Assembly: GCA_963737905.1 (NCBI GenBank)
Contig: CAVTUQ010000019.1
Location: 64,001-128,000 of the forward strand
Reading direction: 5' to 3'
DNA from: an uncultured delta proteobacterium
Lineage (GTDB): Bacteria; Desulfobacterota; Binatia; UBA9968
DNA length: 64,000 nucleotides
Both the position numbers and the translations under genes were made by a program. The notes under the pieces are model-generated. The model worked only from the letters and a program-made list of their open reading frames with translations, searched no databases and was not told where the DNA came from. This document shows positions 29,980-39,985 of the stretch, one piece after another. How positions within the stretch are numbered: position 1 is the stretch's first letter; every line of letters begins with the position of its first letter.

Positions 29980-30686
29980 ACGAGGTTGAGTGGCGCGAGC
30001 GATTAGGCGGGATGGTGCGCGACTATATCTGCTCGCCGGAACTGGAGCACTATTTCTCGATCAAGATGACCAAGCCGCGGGCCGCGGTCATGGTGACGCA
30101 ACAGAGCTTGTATGTACGCCATCGGCGCGAATGTTGGGCGCATGTCTCCGCTAACTGCCCGGTCCTGGCTGTGAAGCAAAGAATCTTAGAACACGAATAT
30201 GAAGAAATTATTCGGGACGATTTTTCCGAATACGGCCACCTGCATCTCATCATTCGGCAGGGAAAATCCGTCGATCTTCAACCGGACGAGATCCTCAATG
30301 CCCAGCCGTTGCCCGAGACGCGGACAGTCCTTTACGCCTGGTCATGGATGACGAGTGAAATGAGTTGGATCGAAGCGCTGGCCGGCATGACCATCACAGA
30401 ATGGTGCAACGACGATCGCCTGCTAGGCGACTTGGGCGGAGGACAGTCGACGCGCATGGCGAAGAAATGGATGAACGAAATGGGCTTTACTTGGAAGCAG
30501 ATTCCCAATATGGAAGCCCACAGCCAAGCGGACGAGAAACACAGCGACATGTTTCTGCCGTTTCTTAAGGAATACGCCACAGGGGAAAAAGAGGGACGCG
30601 CGATCCAGGCAGCCAAGGATTCCTTGGCATTCAATGCCATGTTTCGCGAGGGAATTGCAAAAGCACAAGAAAAACTGCCAGAGTGA
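29976..30686 (+). CDS. Heme-oxygenase-like diiron protein, paralogue 4
   Basis: HRRECW, HEYEE..GH, TEW, HSQADEKH; GTGA overlap with the SBP gene. Confidence 0.75.
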   Translation: MNEVEWRERLGGMVRDYICSPELEHYFSIKMTKPRAAVMVTQQSLYVRHRRECWAHVSANCPVLAVKQRILEHEYEEIIRDDFSEYGHLHLIIRQGKSVDLQPDEILNAQPLPETRTVLYAWSWMTSEMSWIEALAGMTITEWCNDDRLLGDLGGGQSTRMAKKWMNEMGFTWKQIPNMEAHSQADEKHSDMFLPFLKEYATGEKEGRAIQAAKDSLAFNAMFREGIAKAQEKLPE

Positions 30687-30829
30687 GAGAGCGGAGTGAT
30701 GGGAAAAGATTTCTCGCTCCGCTCGAACTGGCAATTGAGGATCGTGTCATCTCGAACGCAGTGAGAGATCTTTCTTCATTGCGGTTTAGTTAAGCGAGTA
30801 TAGTAGAGAGTGCTCGTAGGAGGATATTT

Positions 30830-31529
30830 ATGAGTCTTTGGCCCAAAGTTAGAGAAGAGCTTAACGCCATCGTCAACCGGCACTTTGACACCCCGGAGTA
30901 TAAGCAATTTTTCTCCGTCAAGCTGACTCCGGCGCGGCAGCAGATTTTGGATCTGCATTATCCCCACTACATCAAGAGCCGGCGCGATTGTTGGGGAGCC
31001 GCCGCGGTGAAAGCTCCGCTCGATGTGAAGCGCGCGATCTGGGAGCACGAGAAAGACGAGCTGATCTACGACCCGCGCATGGGATCGGCGCATCTGACTG
31101 ATGCGCAAATGGCCGAGGCGACTGCTGAATTGAATCTGTTGCCGGGTGCGCGGGCTGGCGATCTACGCCTGGATGTATCTGGCGACGACACGGCCGTGGA
31201 TCGAAAGTTTGATGGTGAACCACATCACGGAACGTAAGAACAACCCGGCCATCGTCAAAGGGGGAGGTTTTACCCAACGGTTCGCGCATAAAAAGGTCGC
31301 CGATTTGGGCGGAACGATCGAGACCCTCGACATCAACACAAAAGTGCACATGGTAGCGGATGAAGATCATTCGGACATGTTCGAGCCGATTTTTGATCGC
31401 CACGTGGTGGATGAGAGAGCAGCCCAGGCCGTGATTCGCGCCGCTCAAGACAGCCTGGCCGTCGATCGCGCTTATCGGAGCGCGCTGGCGACGGCGATGG
31501 TGCGAATCGCCGAGTCACAGGCGGCGTGA
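30830..31529 (+). CDS. Divergent heme-oxygenase-like diiron protein, paralogue 5 (one frameshift near 31155)
   Basis: SRRDCW, HEKDE..AH in frame 1; AIYAW, ITE, HMVADEDHS in frame 2. Confidence 0.65.
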
Positions 31530-31880
31530 CCTCAGAAGGGTTTCGCGTTTCGGGTTTCAGGTCTCGAGTTCAAATCCAAACACGGGATTGACTCGTTCAG
31601 GTTCATCTTCGTCAGCGGCTCCGACCCACGCAAAGGCGGCAGTAAATCGGCTTCTGATCCCGTATCATCACAGATCGTTTTCAGATTTCGGCTTTTAGGG
31701 TCAACTCGAAACCAGGAACCAGAAACTCGAAACTGCGAAGTGGCGGTGCATCAAATTTGCTGCGGGGTATATCAAATTGACTACACCTCACGCCGTTTCT
31801 GATTAGTTGAGCCCCGGCCCGATCATCTCAATTCGCCAGTCATTACAAGCATTTCTTTGAAGCCCTGTCGCTCCCAACCT

Positions 31881-31896
31881 TGGCATATGACTTGCC
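31881..31896 (+). promoter_or_regulatory. Sigma54 (-24/-12) promoter motif
   Basis: TGGCAtatgacTTGC, with exact GG-N10-GC spacing. Confidence 0.55.
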
Positions 31897-32949
31897 ATAT
31901 CCCTGTCCTGACGATTTGAACTATTTGAACGGCTTGAACTATTCGAACGGCACGGCATCCTGATTACGCTTGACAGTCGATGGGTGTGGTGGAATAAGCA
32001 AGACGCTTCTCTATCTCCCAGCCGAACAGAGTTGGGTACCGATCCATATCTCCATAACCCAGCCGGTTCTGTGCTTTGGGGCTTTTTGATTTTGAGTTCT
32101 AAAGAAATTTTCTCTCTTCCTGGGAAGGCACAGGATGAAGAAACTTCATGAAGAATAAGATCATCACTCTCGCGCTTGGCGCTTTGCTTTTGGCATTTTG
32201 GTCCTTCGCTCAGGCGCAGCAGGCGAAGAAAATCCCTCTGATAGGGTATCTATCGCCGTTCGATCCAGTTGCTGAGTCCACCCGTTCCGAGGCAATTCGG
32301 CTAGCTCTGCGCGAGTTTGGCTACATAGAAGGACAGAACATCGCCATCGAGTACCGATATTCGGAGGGTAAGGTCAATCGGTTCCCTGAGCTTGCGGCCG
32401 AGCTGGTGCGTCTCAAGGTTGATATCATCTTGGTATCAGGAGGGGACAGGCTGATCCTGGCGGCCAAGAATGCGACCAAGACGATTCCCATCGTTATGAC
32501 AGGCGGTGGGCTCGATCCTGTTGAGGCAGGCCTGGTTGAAAGCCTTGCCCGTCCCGGCGGCAACGTCACCGGCATTACAAACCTTACCGGAGAACTAGGC
32601 GGTAAGCGGCTGGAGCTGCTCAAAGAAGCCGTTCCCAAACTTGCCCGTGTTGCGGTTCTCTACGATCCGACCGGGCCGTCCAATGTACGCGAGGTGAAAG
32701 AGGTTCTCCCAGTCGCGGCGCGTGCGCTGCGGTTGACTATTCAGCCTTGGGAGGTACGGGCTGCGGACGGTTTCGAGAAGGTATTCGCTGCGCTAAACAA
32801 GCAGCGTCCGGATGGACTCTACGTGTCCGGAGGCCCGCTAATGAATGCTAACCAAAAAAGGATCGCGGACTTTGCGTTAAAGAGCCGATTACCGGTGATG
32901 TACCAGAGGAGAGAAGCTGTAGATGCCGGTGGGCTCATGTCCTACGGGG

Positions 32950-34511
32950 CGCATAGCAGGCAGGTGTCAAGAGGCACAGACATTCCTGTGAGAATATTTC
33001 TTATTCCCTTTTTCAACCCTCGCGGGAATGTGTGATATCCTGATTTGACGCGCCCCTGTTTTCAATCAGCTGGTGTCGGATCCCGCAGGTCCGCACCAGT
33101 CACCCATCAGGTTCAAGGCTTTGGGAGCTGTCCTCTACGGACAGCGATCTCCCGCCCCTGGCAATCTTGATTGCCCCAGAAAACTATCGGTACCACGCCG
33201 CGTCCAAGGTTATAGGATCACAGATCCACTGGCTCTCCCTGTTCGGGGGCCAACCCTATGGTGGCTCACGGCATGGGTATAAAAAAAGATCACAGCACCA
33301 CCGAGTTGTCGATATGTAAAGGGACGGGACAGCGGCCAAATCGGACCATGTGGTTCTAAGCCAACCCCGTGTCAGGCTCACTATCCCATCCCAGCCGTTA
33401 AAGTGCTCTCTCAGGCAAACGCCTTGGTGATATCAAACGCCACCTGATCTTTGATAATGTAGTAGCAAGCCCGGGAGAGCTTGTGCGCCACTGCTTTGAT
33501 GGCCACAATCGCGTGGCTCTTGGATTTCTTTTTCTGATAGAAGCTTTTGATTCTCGAATTAAAGCGGATCGCAAAGTTGGCGGCCTCCACAAACGCCCAG
33601 GCCAAGTACTTGTTGCCATTCTTGGTATTGCCGGTTCCTTTACGTTTGCCGTTGCTGATTTTCTGACTCCCCACACAGCGACAATACGACGCGTAATTTC
33701 CGACACTGGCAAATCGCTCGATCTCTCCGGTCTCCAGCATGATCGTGAGCGCCAGGATCGGCCCGATCCCAGGTACCGTCTTTAGTAACCTTGAACTCAG
33801 GGCGCAGCTTGACTCGCTCCTGAACGGTTTTCTCCAGGATCTCGATCTGGGCATCAGCGCTGTTCATGACCGCCAGATTGGCTTTGAGCGCTAGGACCAG
33901 ATCCGGGTCGGGCAAGACTCCATCGACGCGTTGGATATTGAGCGCTTTGATGTACTTGGCGCTGATCTATGTTCCCCGTGGTGCGGCTTATCAGACTCTG
34001 GATACTGAGAAGGTTGGCCGTCCTCTGATGCACGAGCTGCCCCCGCTTGCGCAACAAGTCCCGCACCGCTCGCTCTTCTTTCGGATAAATGTAGCCCTCG
34101 GGTAAAACCCCCAGCCGCAGCAGATGCGCTAGCCATCGCGCGTCACTGTGGTCATCGGTATACTTCAGCCCATTGTATTGCTGGATTGCCGCGGTGTTCG
34201 CAAGATGAAGTCGGTAGCCCTTCTCCATCAGTCCATCGACCAGCCAGTACCAGTTATAGGTAGATTCCACCACGATACCCTCAAGCGATCTGCGATAGCT
34301 CGACAGTTGCTGCGCGATCAACGAAAGATCGTTCGGCAAGCGCTTTTGATACACCACTTGATCTTGCTCGTTGATCACCACCGTCACGTTATTGGTGGAA
34401 TGCAAGTCAATTGCTCCGTACAATTTCATCTCGGTTCCTCCTTTGAGTGGGTGTGGGGTTAGCTTACCCGCACCTTACTGCCTCTCGAAGGAGCCTGCTA
34501 GATGATTATCG
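32950..34511 (-). mobile_element. IS110-family element, IS1111-like (subterminal IRs, 3' non-coding region)
   Basis: CG core at both junctions (32950-51, 34510-11); subterminal IR TAGCAGGC..GAGGCA / TGCCTC..GCCTGCTA; removing it restores the host gene. Confidence 0.85.
33411..34429 (-). CDS. IS110 DEDD transposase/recombinase (two apparent frameshifts near 33970 and 33785)
   Basis: IDLH, VESTYNW, KYTDDHSDA; C-domain TVPGIGP, ISNGK, KNGNKYL, AVAHKL. Confidence 0.85.
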
Positions 34512-34832
34512 GACCTCGCGGCCAGCTACCGGCGCGTCGCATATTACGTGGACAGAATCCTGAAGGGAGCCAAGCCCGCCGACCTGCCGGTCGAGCAACC
34601 GACGAAGTTCGAGTTCGTGATCAATCTCAAGACGGCGAAGCAAATCGGGCTGACGATTCCGCCGAATGTGCTGGCGCGAGCGGACAGAGTGATTCGATGA
34701 CCAAACAATCGAAAATCCAAAATGAGAACGCGGGAGCACAGGGATGAGTAGATGCACGTAAGTGATGAGCGGTAAGAAGTAAGGCGACGAAATTTAGGAC
34801 TCGGCTTGCCGGCTTTGGTTTAGGAGGTAGAA

Positions 34833-35780
34833 ATGAAAAAGAACTTTGTGACCTTGCTCGCACTTTTTCTTCTCCAGACCTCGGTTCATGCGGCGGACAA
34901 GATCAGGATCAGCACGCCAGCAGACGCCGCGCATTTCACCATGCATTTGGCGCAGAAAAAAGGCTTTTTGAAAGAGGAAGGCTTCGACGCGGAGTTGATC
35001 GTGATTTCAGGTCCGGTGGCCAACGTCGCGCTCAGTAACGGCGACACCGACTATTTTAGCGGTTTTGGCTCTGCCCTGCGCGCAATCCTGCAGGGGTTGC
35101 CGCTGCGGATCGTTGCCTGCTACCGGCCGACCCCACATTTCATGCTGCAGAGCCGGCCTGAGTTCAAAACTGTCAAAGATCTCAAGGGCAAGACCATCGG
35201 AGTCAGGGCATTTGGCGGAGGCCCTGATCTGGTCGGGCGGCTGATCATCAAACACTTCGGCCTCGATCCGGACAAGGATGTGAAGTGGGCTGTCGCGGGT
35301 TCAGACGAAGGCCGCTACATCAGAATGCAGCAGGGGTTGCTCGATGCCACGATAGCCACTGTTCCCACCGACTACCTCGGCAGGAAGATGGGCTTTCCGG
35401 TCATCGTGCGGTCGGAGGAGCTCTTTACCTATCCCTTCAGCGGCTTGACGACTCACATCAGGAAGATCAAAGAGAAACCGGACGAGGTCAAGCGAATTAT
35501 TCGGGCGGGAATCAAGGCCAATCGCTACATGAGGGAAAATCGTGATGGAACTATCCCGATACTGATGAGCACTTATAGGATCGACAAAGAGGTTGCCACT
35601 GCGGCCTATGATTCTTTTATCAAAGGCTTCAACCTCGACGGCAGCATGCCGGAGGACGGCTTCCGCCGGCTTCTTGACGACACCAAACGGCTTATGAAAA
35701 TCGATCGTGAGGTCGGGTTTAGTGAAGTCAGTGATTTGTCAATTCTTCGAGAGGCACAACGGGAGCTGGGAATCAAATGA
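34833..35780 (+). CDS. NMT1/THI5-type substrate-binding protein
   Basis: Signal peptide; KGFLKEEG, DLKGKTIG, GLDPDKDV. Confidence 0.88.
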   Translation: MKKNFVTLLALFLLQTSVHAADKIRISTPADAAHFTMHLAQKKGFLKEEGFDAELIVISGPVANVALSNGDTDYFSGFGSALRAILQGLPLRIVACYRPTPHFMLQSRPEFKTVKDLKGKTIGVRAFGGGPDLVGRLIIKHFGLDPDKDVKWAVAGSDEGRYIRMQQGLLDATIATVPTDYLGRKMGFPVIVRSEELFTYPFSGLTTHIRKIKEKPDEVKRIIRAGIKANRYMRENRDGTIPILMSTYRIDKEVATAAYDSFIKGFNLDGSMPEDGFRRLLDDTKRLMKIDREVGFSEVSDLSILREAQRELGIK

Positions 35781-35917
35781 CCTTCTGATTAGGTGACAGT
35801 GAGCAGGGGGCAGAAAAGCAGTAAGCAGCAAAAACAGGATTGGGGGACACCGGTGAAGAATTCGGATTCGCGACGGGAAAGGATAGCCTAAGGTAATAGA
35901 TAATACAGGAGGATGGC

Positions 35918-36922
35918 ATGAGAAATTCTCGTCTGCAGTTAGTCATTATTGCGATAGTCTTTGGCATCGTCGTGGGGTCAACACGAGGGGTAGAGGCAAA
36001 GTCCTATACCGCCTACATCTCCGATGGTCCAGACACTTCCATAGCTTATTGGCTGGCGAAAGAGATGGGGTTCTTTAAGAAACATGGCTTGGACATGGAA
36101 CTAATCTTCATCGACGGCAGTAGTCGCGGTGTCCAGAGCCTTATAGCGGGAGACTTGAGCTTTACGGATGCCGTGGGAACTTCCGCGATCAATGGCCGGC
36201 TGGCTGGCGGGGATATCGCGATCGTAAGTAGCCTGGTCAATACGCTTCCGTATTACATCATTGGCAAGCCAACGATTAGATCGCCGCAGGATCTTAAAGG
36301 GAAGTCCGCTGCCGTGCACATCCCCGGCACATCGGCAGACTTTGCCATGCGCCTTGCGCTGAAAGGCGTCGGTCTTTCTTATAAGGACATTCAGGCCATC
36401 ACCGTCGGGGGCGCCCCGGCGCGCAACGCGGCCGTGATCACGGGCAGGGTGGACTTCACGGTGGCGACCGACTCGGGAAAATTAGAAGGAGAGAAGGCGG
36501 GCCTTAAGGTCATTATAGACATGGCCAAGCTCAAAATCCCTTTTCAGTTTTCTTGCACGGTAACCACGGGAGGGATGATCCGGCAAAATCCTGATATGGT
36601 TCGCAGCATGGTAAAGGCCCTGGCCGAGGCGGTGCACTATTATAAAACCCAGAAAGAAGATGCGATCAAGGTCATGCAGAAATATACCCGTGGACAGAAT
36701 CGGACTGCCCTCGAGGGAACCTATTCCGCTTACAGAGAGCTTCTGGTCGAGGATGGCTATCCCACATTGGAAGGGCTTAAGAATACCTTGGAGATCCAAG
36801 CGTCGTTTGATCCCAAGGCTACCAAAGCCAAGGTAGAGGATTTTGTCGATGTCCGTTTCGTCGATGAACTGAGAAAGAGCGGGTTTATTGATTCACTCTA
36901 TAACCGTGAGCGGGCAAAATGA
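35918..36922 (+). CDS. NMT1/THI5-type substrate-binding protein
   Basis: Signal peptide; GFFKKHGLD, DLKGK, ELRKSGFI. Confidence 0.88.
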   Translation: MRNSRLQLVIIAIVFGIVVGSTRGVEAKSYTAYISDGPDTSIAYWLAKEMGFFKKHGLDMELIFIDGSSRGVQSLIAGDLSFTDAVGTSAINGRLAGGDIAIVSSLVNTLPYYIIGKPTIRSPQDLKGKSAAVHIPGTSADFAMRLALKGVGLSYKDIQAITVGGAPARNAAVITGRVDFTVATDSGKLEGEKAGLKVIIDMAKLKIPFQFSCTVTTGGMIRQNPDMVRSMVKALAEAVHYYKTQKEDAIKVMQKYTRGQNRTALEGTYSAYRELLVEDGYPTLEGLKNTLEIQASFDPKATKAKVEDFVDVRFVDELRKSGFIDSLYNRERAK

Positions 36923-37117
36923 TCACCTATCCTGAGTTTCATAAGCTCACCGCGACACAAGCGAGCAAGACCTCGGCCCAGCAATAAAAAGTTTTCACGG
37001 TCGTCTCGATGGCCGTAGACCTTCACCCCGTTTTTCCTGTACTCTTTCCTGAAGCTCAAGCTCGCCGATAAAACAGCGAGTTCTGCGGTAAATTTCCAAA
37101 CCTCTGGGGAGACAATT

Positions 37118-38713
37118 ATGGGTTATTTCAAGGATCTGAGAGAACATATCGCGGCGTTGGATGAAGCGGGTTTGTTGGTCAAGATCGACGAGCTGATCAA
37201 CAAGGACACAGAGTTGATGCCGTTGGTGCGGTGGCAGTTTCGCGGCCTATCGGAGGAGGAACGGCGGGCGTTTATGTTTACGAACGTGACCGACGTCAAG
37301 GGGAAAAAGTACGATATTCCTGTCGTCGTCGGAACGCTTGCCGCATCGCGGCAGATCTACGGCTTTGGGTTGCAGTGCAAACCCGAGGAGATCGTCGATC
37401 GTTGGAACAAGGCACAGAGTAATCCAATTCCGCCGAAGATCGTCGAAAAAGCCCCGGTTCAGGAAGAAGTTCATAAGGGATCATCTCTGATGGATAAAGG
37501 GGGTCTGGGCGAATTCCCGATTCCCATCTCGACCCCCGGGTACGATTGCGCGCCGTTCACCACGGCCTCGCACTGGTTCACCAAAGATCCGGAGACGGGT
37601 CTCATCAACATCGGCAACTACCGCGGCCATATCAAAAGCCCGACCAGAACCGGTGTTTTTCTCAGCTCCAGCAATCATGGTGGCTATCATTGGCGCAAGT
37701 GCCAGGAGCGGGGGATCCCACTCCAGGCCGCGCTGGTCATCGGCGCGCCGCCGCCGGTATCTTACACGGCGCCAGCACGTATACCGTTCAGCGTGAGCGA
37801 ACTCGACGTTGCCGGCGGGCTCGCCGGCGCGCCCATCGAGGTCGTGAAGTGCATTACGAACGATGTGCTGGTTCCCGCCAATGCCGAGATCGTCATCGAA
37901 GGAGAAATATCAACTGAGTTTCTGGAACCTGAAGCCCCATTCGGCGAGTCCACGGGTTACATTGCCGAGCGGCTGCTCAATCCCTACTTTGAAGTAAAGT
38001 GCATCACGCACCGAAAGAACCCGATCTTTGCCACCATTATCAGCCAAATGCCACCCAGCGAATCGAGCGTGATGCGCCAGGTGGCTGCGGAAGGAAATTA
38101 TCTCCGATTCCTACGAGACCAGTGCAATATTCCAGGCATCGTCGAAGTGGCTTTTCACAGCATCGCCGTCCGTCAGATCTGCGTCATCAAAATGAAAAAG
38201 ATCAATCAGGCCCATGTTTGGCAAGCCTTGCACAGCATGGTGGGTTACAATCCCGCTACGGGTAAGATGGTGATTGCCGTCGATGAAGATATCAACCCGC
38301 GGAATTTGGACTCTCTATTCTGGGCGCTGGCCTTTCGCATGCAGCCGCATCGCGATGTTTTGATCATTCGCAACCGTACGCCCCAAATGGATCCGTCAGC
38401 TTTCCCGCCAGGCAGGGAACTGGAAAATTCGTTGGACGAAATCGCCGGCTGCTCTGCGATGCTCATTGACGCCACGCGTAAGTGGGACTATCCGCCGGTG
38501 TCGCTACCGAAGAAAGAATTTATGGAGCATGCTAAGCAACTATGGGAACGTCTTGAGCTGCCCAAACTCAAACCGCAGGACCCGTGGTTCGGCTACAATC
38601 TCGGCCTGTGGTCCGACGAAGACGAGGAAGAAGCGCAGCTGGCCTTGAAAGGCGAGCACTATCAGACAGGGGAAAAGCGGGCGCAGCAGCGGGTGCCGGC
38701 AAAGAGGAAATAG
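37118..38713 (+). CDS. UbiD family (prFMN-dependent) decarboxylase
   Basis: DLREHI, NIGNYR, EAPFGE, VDEDI, IDATRK. Confidence 0.9.
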   Translation: MGYFKDLREHIAALDEAGLLVKIDELINKDTELMPLVRWQFRGLSEEERRAFMFTNVTDVKGKKYDIPVVVGTLAASRQIYGFGLQCKPEEIVDRWNKAQSNPIPPKIVEKAPVQEEVHKGSSLMDKGGLGEFPIPISTPGYDCAPFTTASHWFTKDPETGLINIGNYRGHIKSPTRTGVFLSSSNHGGYHWRKCQERGIPLQAALVIGAPPPVSYTAPARIPFSVSELDVAGGLAGAPIEVVKCITNDVLVPANAEIVIEGEISTEFLEPEAPFGESTGYIAERLLNPYFEVKCITHRKNPIFATIISQMPPSESSVMRQVAAEGNYLRFLRDQCNIPGIVEVAFHSIAVRQICVIKMKKINQAHVWQALHSMVGYNPATGKMVIAVDEDINPRNLDSLFWALAFRMQPHRDVLIIRNRTPQMDPSAFPPGRELENSLDEIAGCSAMLIDATRKWDYPPVSLPKKEFMEHAKQLWERLELPKLKPQDPWFGYNLGLWSDEDEEEAQLALKGEHYQTGEKRAQQRVPAKRK

Positions 38714-39309
38714 TGCCAACGAGCCAGACCATCTACGTCGATATGGATGATGTGCTGTGCGAAACAGCGCGTGGTTGCCTCGAAATCGTCGAACGCCTAT
38801 TCGGCAAACGGGTAGATTATGAGCAGCTAACAGATTTCGACCTTGGGAATTCCTGCGAGCTGAGTGCCGAAGAAACCGCCGCTCTATACTATATCGTCCA
38901 TCATCCTGACGAGCTGCTGAAGCTGCAACCCGTGGACGGAGCGATTTCAGTATTAAGTCAGTGGATTGCGGCCGGATTTGAGATTGCGATTGTCACCGGC
39001 CGGCCCCCGGCGACGTATGAACCGTCCCTTGATTGGTTGGCACGCGAGCAAGTACCGTATCATTCATTTACCGTGGTCGATAAATATCGACGGTTTACAA
39101 CCGAGAAAACTATTGCCGTCTCGTTGTCGGAATTGGCGGCACGGCAGTTCGTATTTGCAGTAGAAGACTCGGCGACGATGGCCAGGTATCTGGCTGAGGA
39201 AATGAAAGTTCCCGTGAAATTATTCGATCGGCCGTGGAATCGGACGGCTGTCGAGCATCCCAAAATTACGCGTCACAATCATTGGTTCGAGATCGCCGAA
39301 TTGCTTTGA
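38713..39309 (+). CDS. HAD-superfamily 5'(3')-deoxyribonucleotidase-like phosphatase
   Basis: IYVDMDDVL, IVTGR, VEDS, FDRPWN; GTG overlaps the UbiD stop codon. Confidence 0.75.
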   Translation: MPTSQTIYVDMDDVLCETARGCLEIVERLFGKRVDYEQLTDFDLGNSCELSAEETAALYYIVHHPDELLKLQPVDGAISVLSQWIAAGFEIAIVTGRPPATYEPSLDWLAREQVPYHSFTVVDKYRRFTTEKTIAVSLSELAARQFVFAVEDSATMARYLAEEMKVPVKLFDRPWNRTAVEHPKITRHNHWFEIAELL

Positions 39310-39339
39310 AACGGCGCATATCAAAGGGTCGCATGGGGG

Positions 39340-39870
39340 TTGAGTCCTGTGCAACTTTCTATTCGCCAAGCCACAGCCCGGGATACCGACGCGGTGGCGG
39401 GCATCTTAAGGGAAGCCGCCCGCTGGCTAGAGGAGACTGGAATGCCGATGTGGCGTGACGACGAGTTGTTGCCGACTTCGATCGCTGCCGAGGTTGAATC
39501 AGGGCTATTTTTCCTGGCTGAATGTGACGGCGAAGCTGCGGGCACAATCAGGTATCAGCTTGAGGACAGGTTCTTCTGGCCCGATGCACTTCAGGATGAC
39601 TCGGCGTTCATTCATCGACTCGCTGTCAAGCGACGTTTTGCTGGCAGCGAGATTTCTTCGGCGCTGATTCTTTGGGCCATCGCACGTACACACGCGCTCG
39701 GCCGGCGCTATCTCCGCTTGGATTGTGAAGCAGCGCGTATGCGCCTGCGAGCCGTCTACGAGCGCATCGGATTTCGGTTTCACAGCAACCAGCAGGTCGG
39801 GCCCTACTTCGTCGCCAGATATGAGTACGACGTAACGGAAATTTCTCCCTTAACATGGACACCGAAATGA
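39340..39870 (+). CDS. GNAT family N-acetyltransferase
   Basis: IRQAT..D, IHRLAVKRRFAG, LRLDC, YERIGF. Confidence 0.85.
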   Translation: MSPVQLSIRQATARDTDAVAGILREAARWLEETGMPMWRDDELLPTSIAAEVESGLFFLAECDGEAAGTIRYQLEDRFFWPDALQDDSAFIHRLAVKRRFAGSEISSALILWAIARTHALGRRYLRLDCEAARMRLRAVYERIGFRFHSNQQVGPYFVARYEYDVTEISPLTWTPK

Positions 39871-39985
39871 ACAGTGCGGTGGTTGCTGCGGCGGCAAGCG
39901 CGGCTGGGAAGTGAATCCAAGAACGACTTTAACCACGAAGGCCGCGAAGAGCACGAAGTTTGCAATCCACGGATATAGAGGAGGA

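Larger units (their letters stand above)
32148..34699 (+). pseudogene. ABC_sub_bind-type substrate-binding protein interrupted by IS110
   Basis: Reads ..GGLMSYGA up to 32951 and resumes [29 protein letters not shown] after 34511. Confidence 0.88.

Noticed and set aside
25055-31529. Thiamine salvage (TenA + ThiY) or PQQ synthesis (PqqC) as the explanation of the array
   Set aside because: The fold pairing resembles TenA/ThiY, but the proteins show a diiron ligand set rather than the TenA PC..Y catalytic motif, and no thiXZ or pqqABDE genes are present; not excluded without an HMM search
32952-33035. C-terminus HSRQVSRGTDIPVRIFLIPFFNPRGNV of ORF 32148-33035
   Set aside because: It is read-through into the IS110 end; the real C-terminus lies beyond 34511
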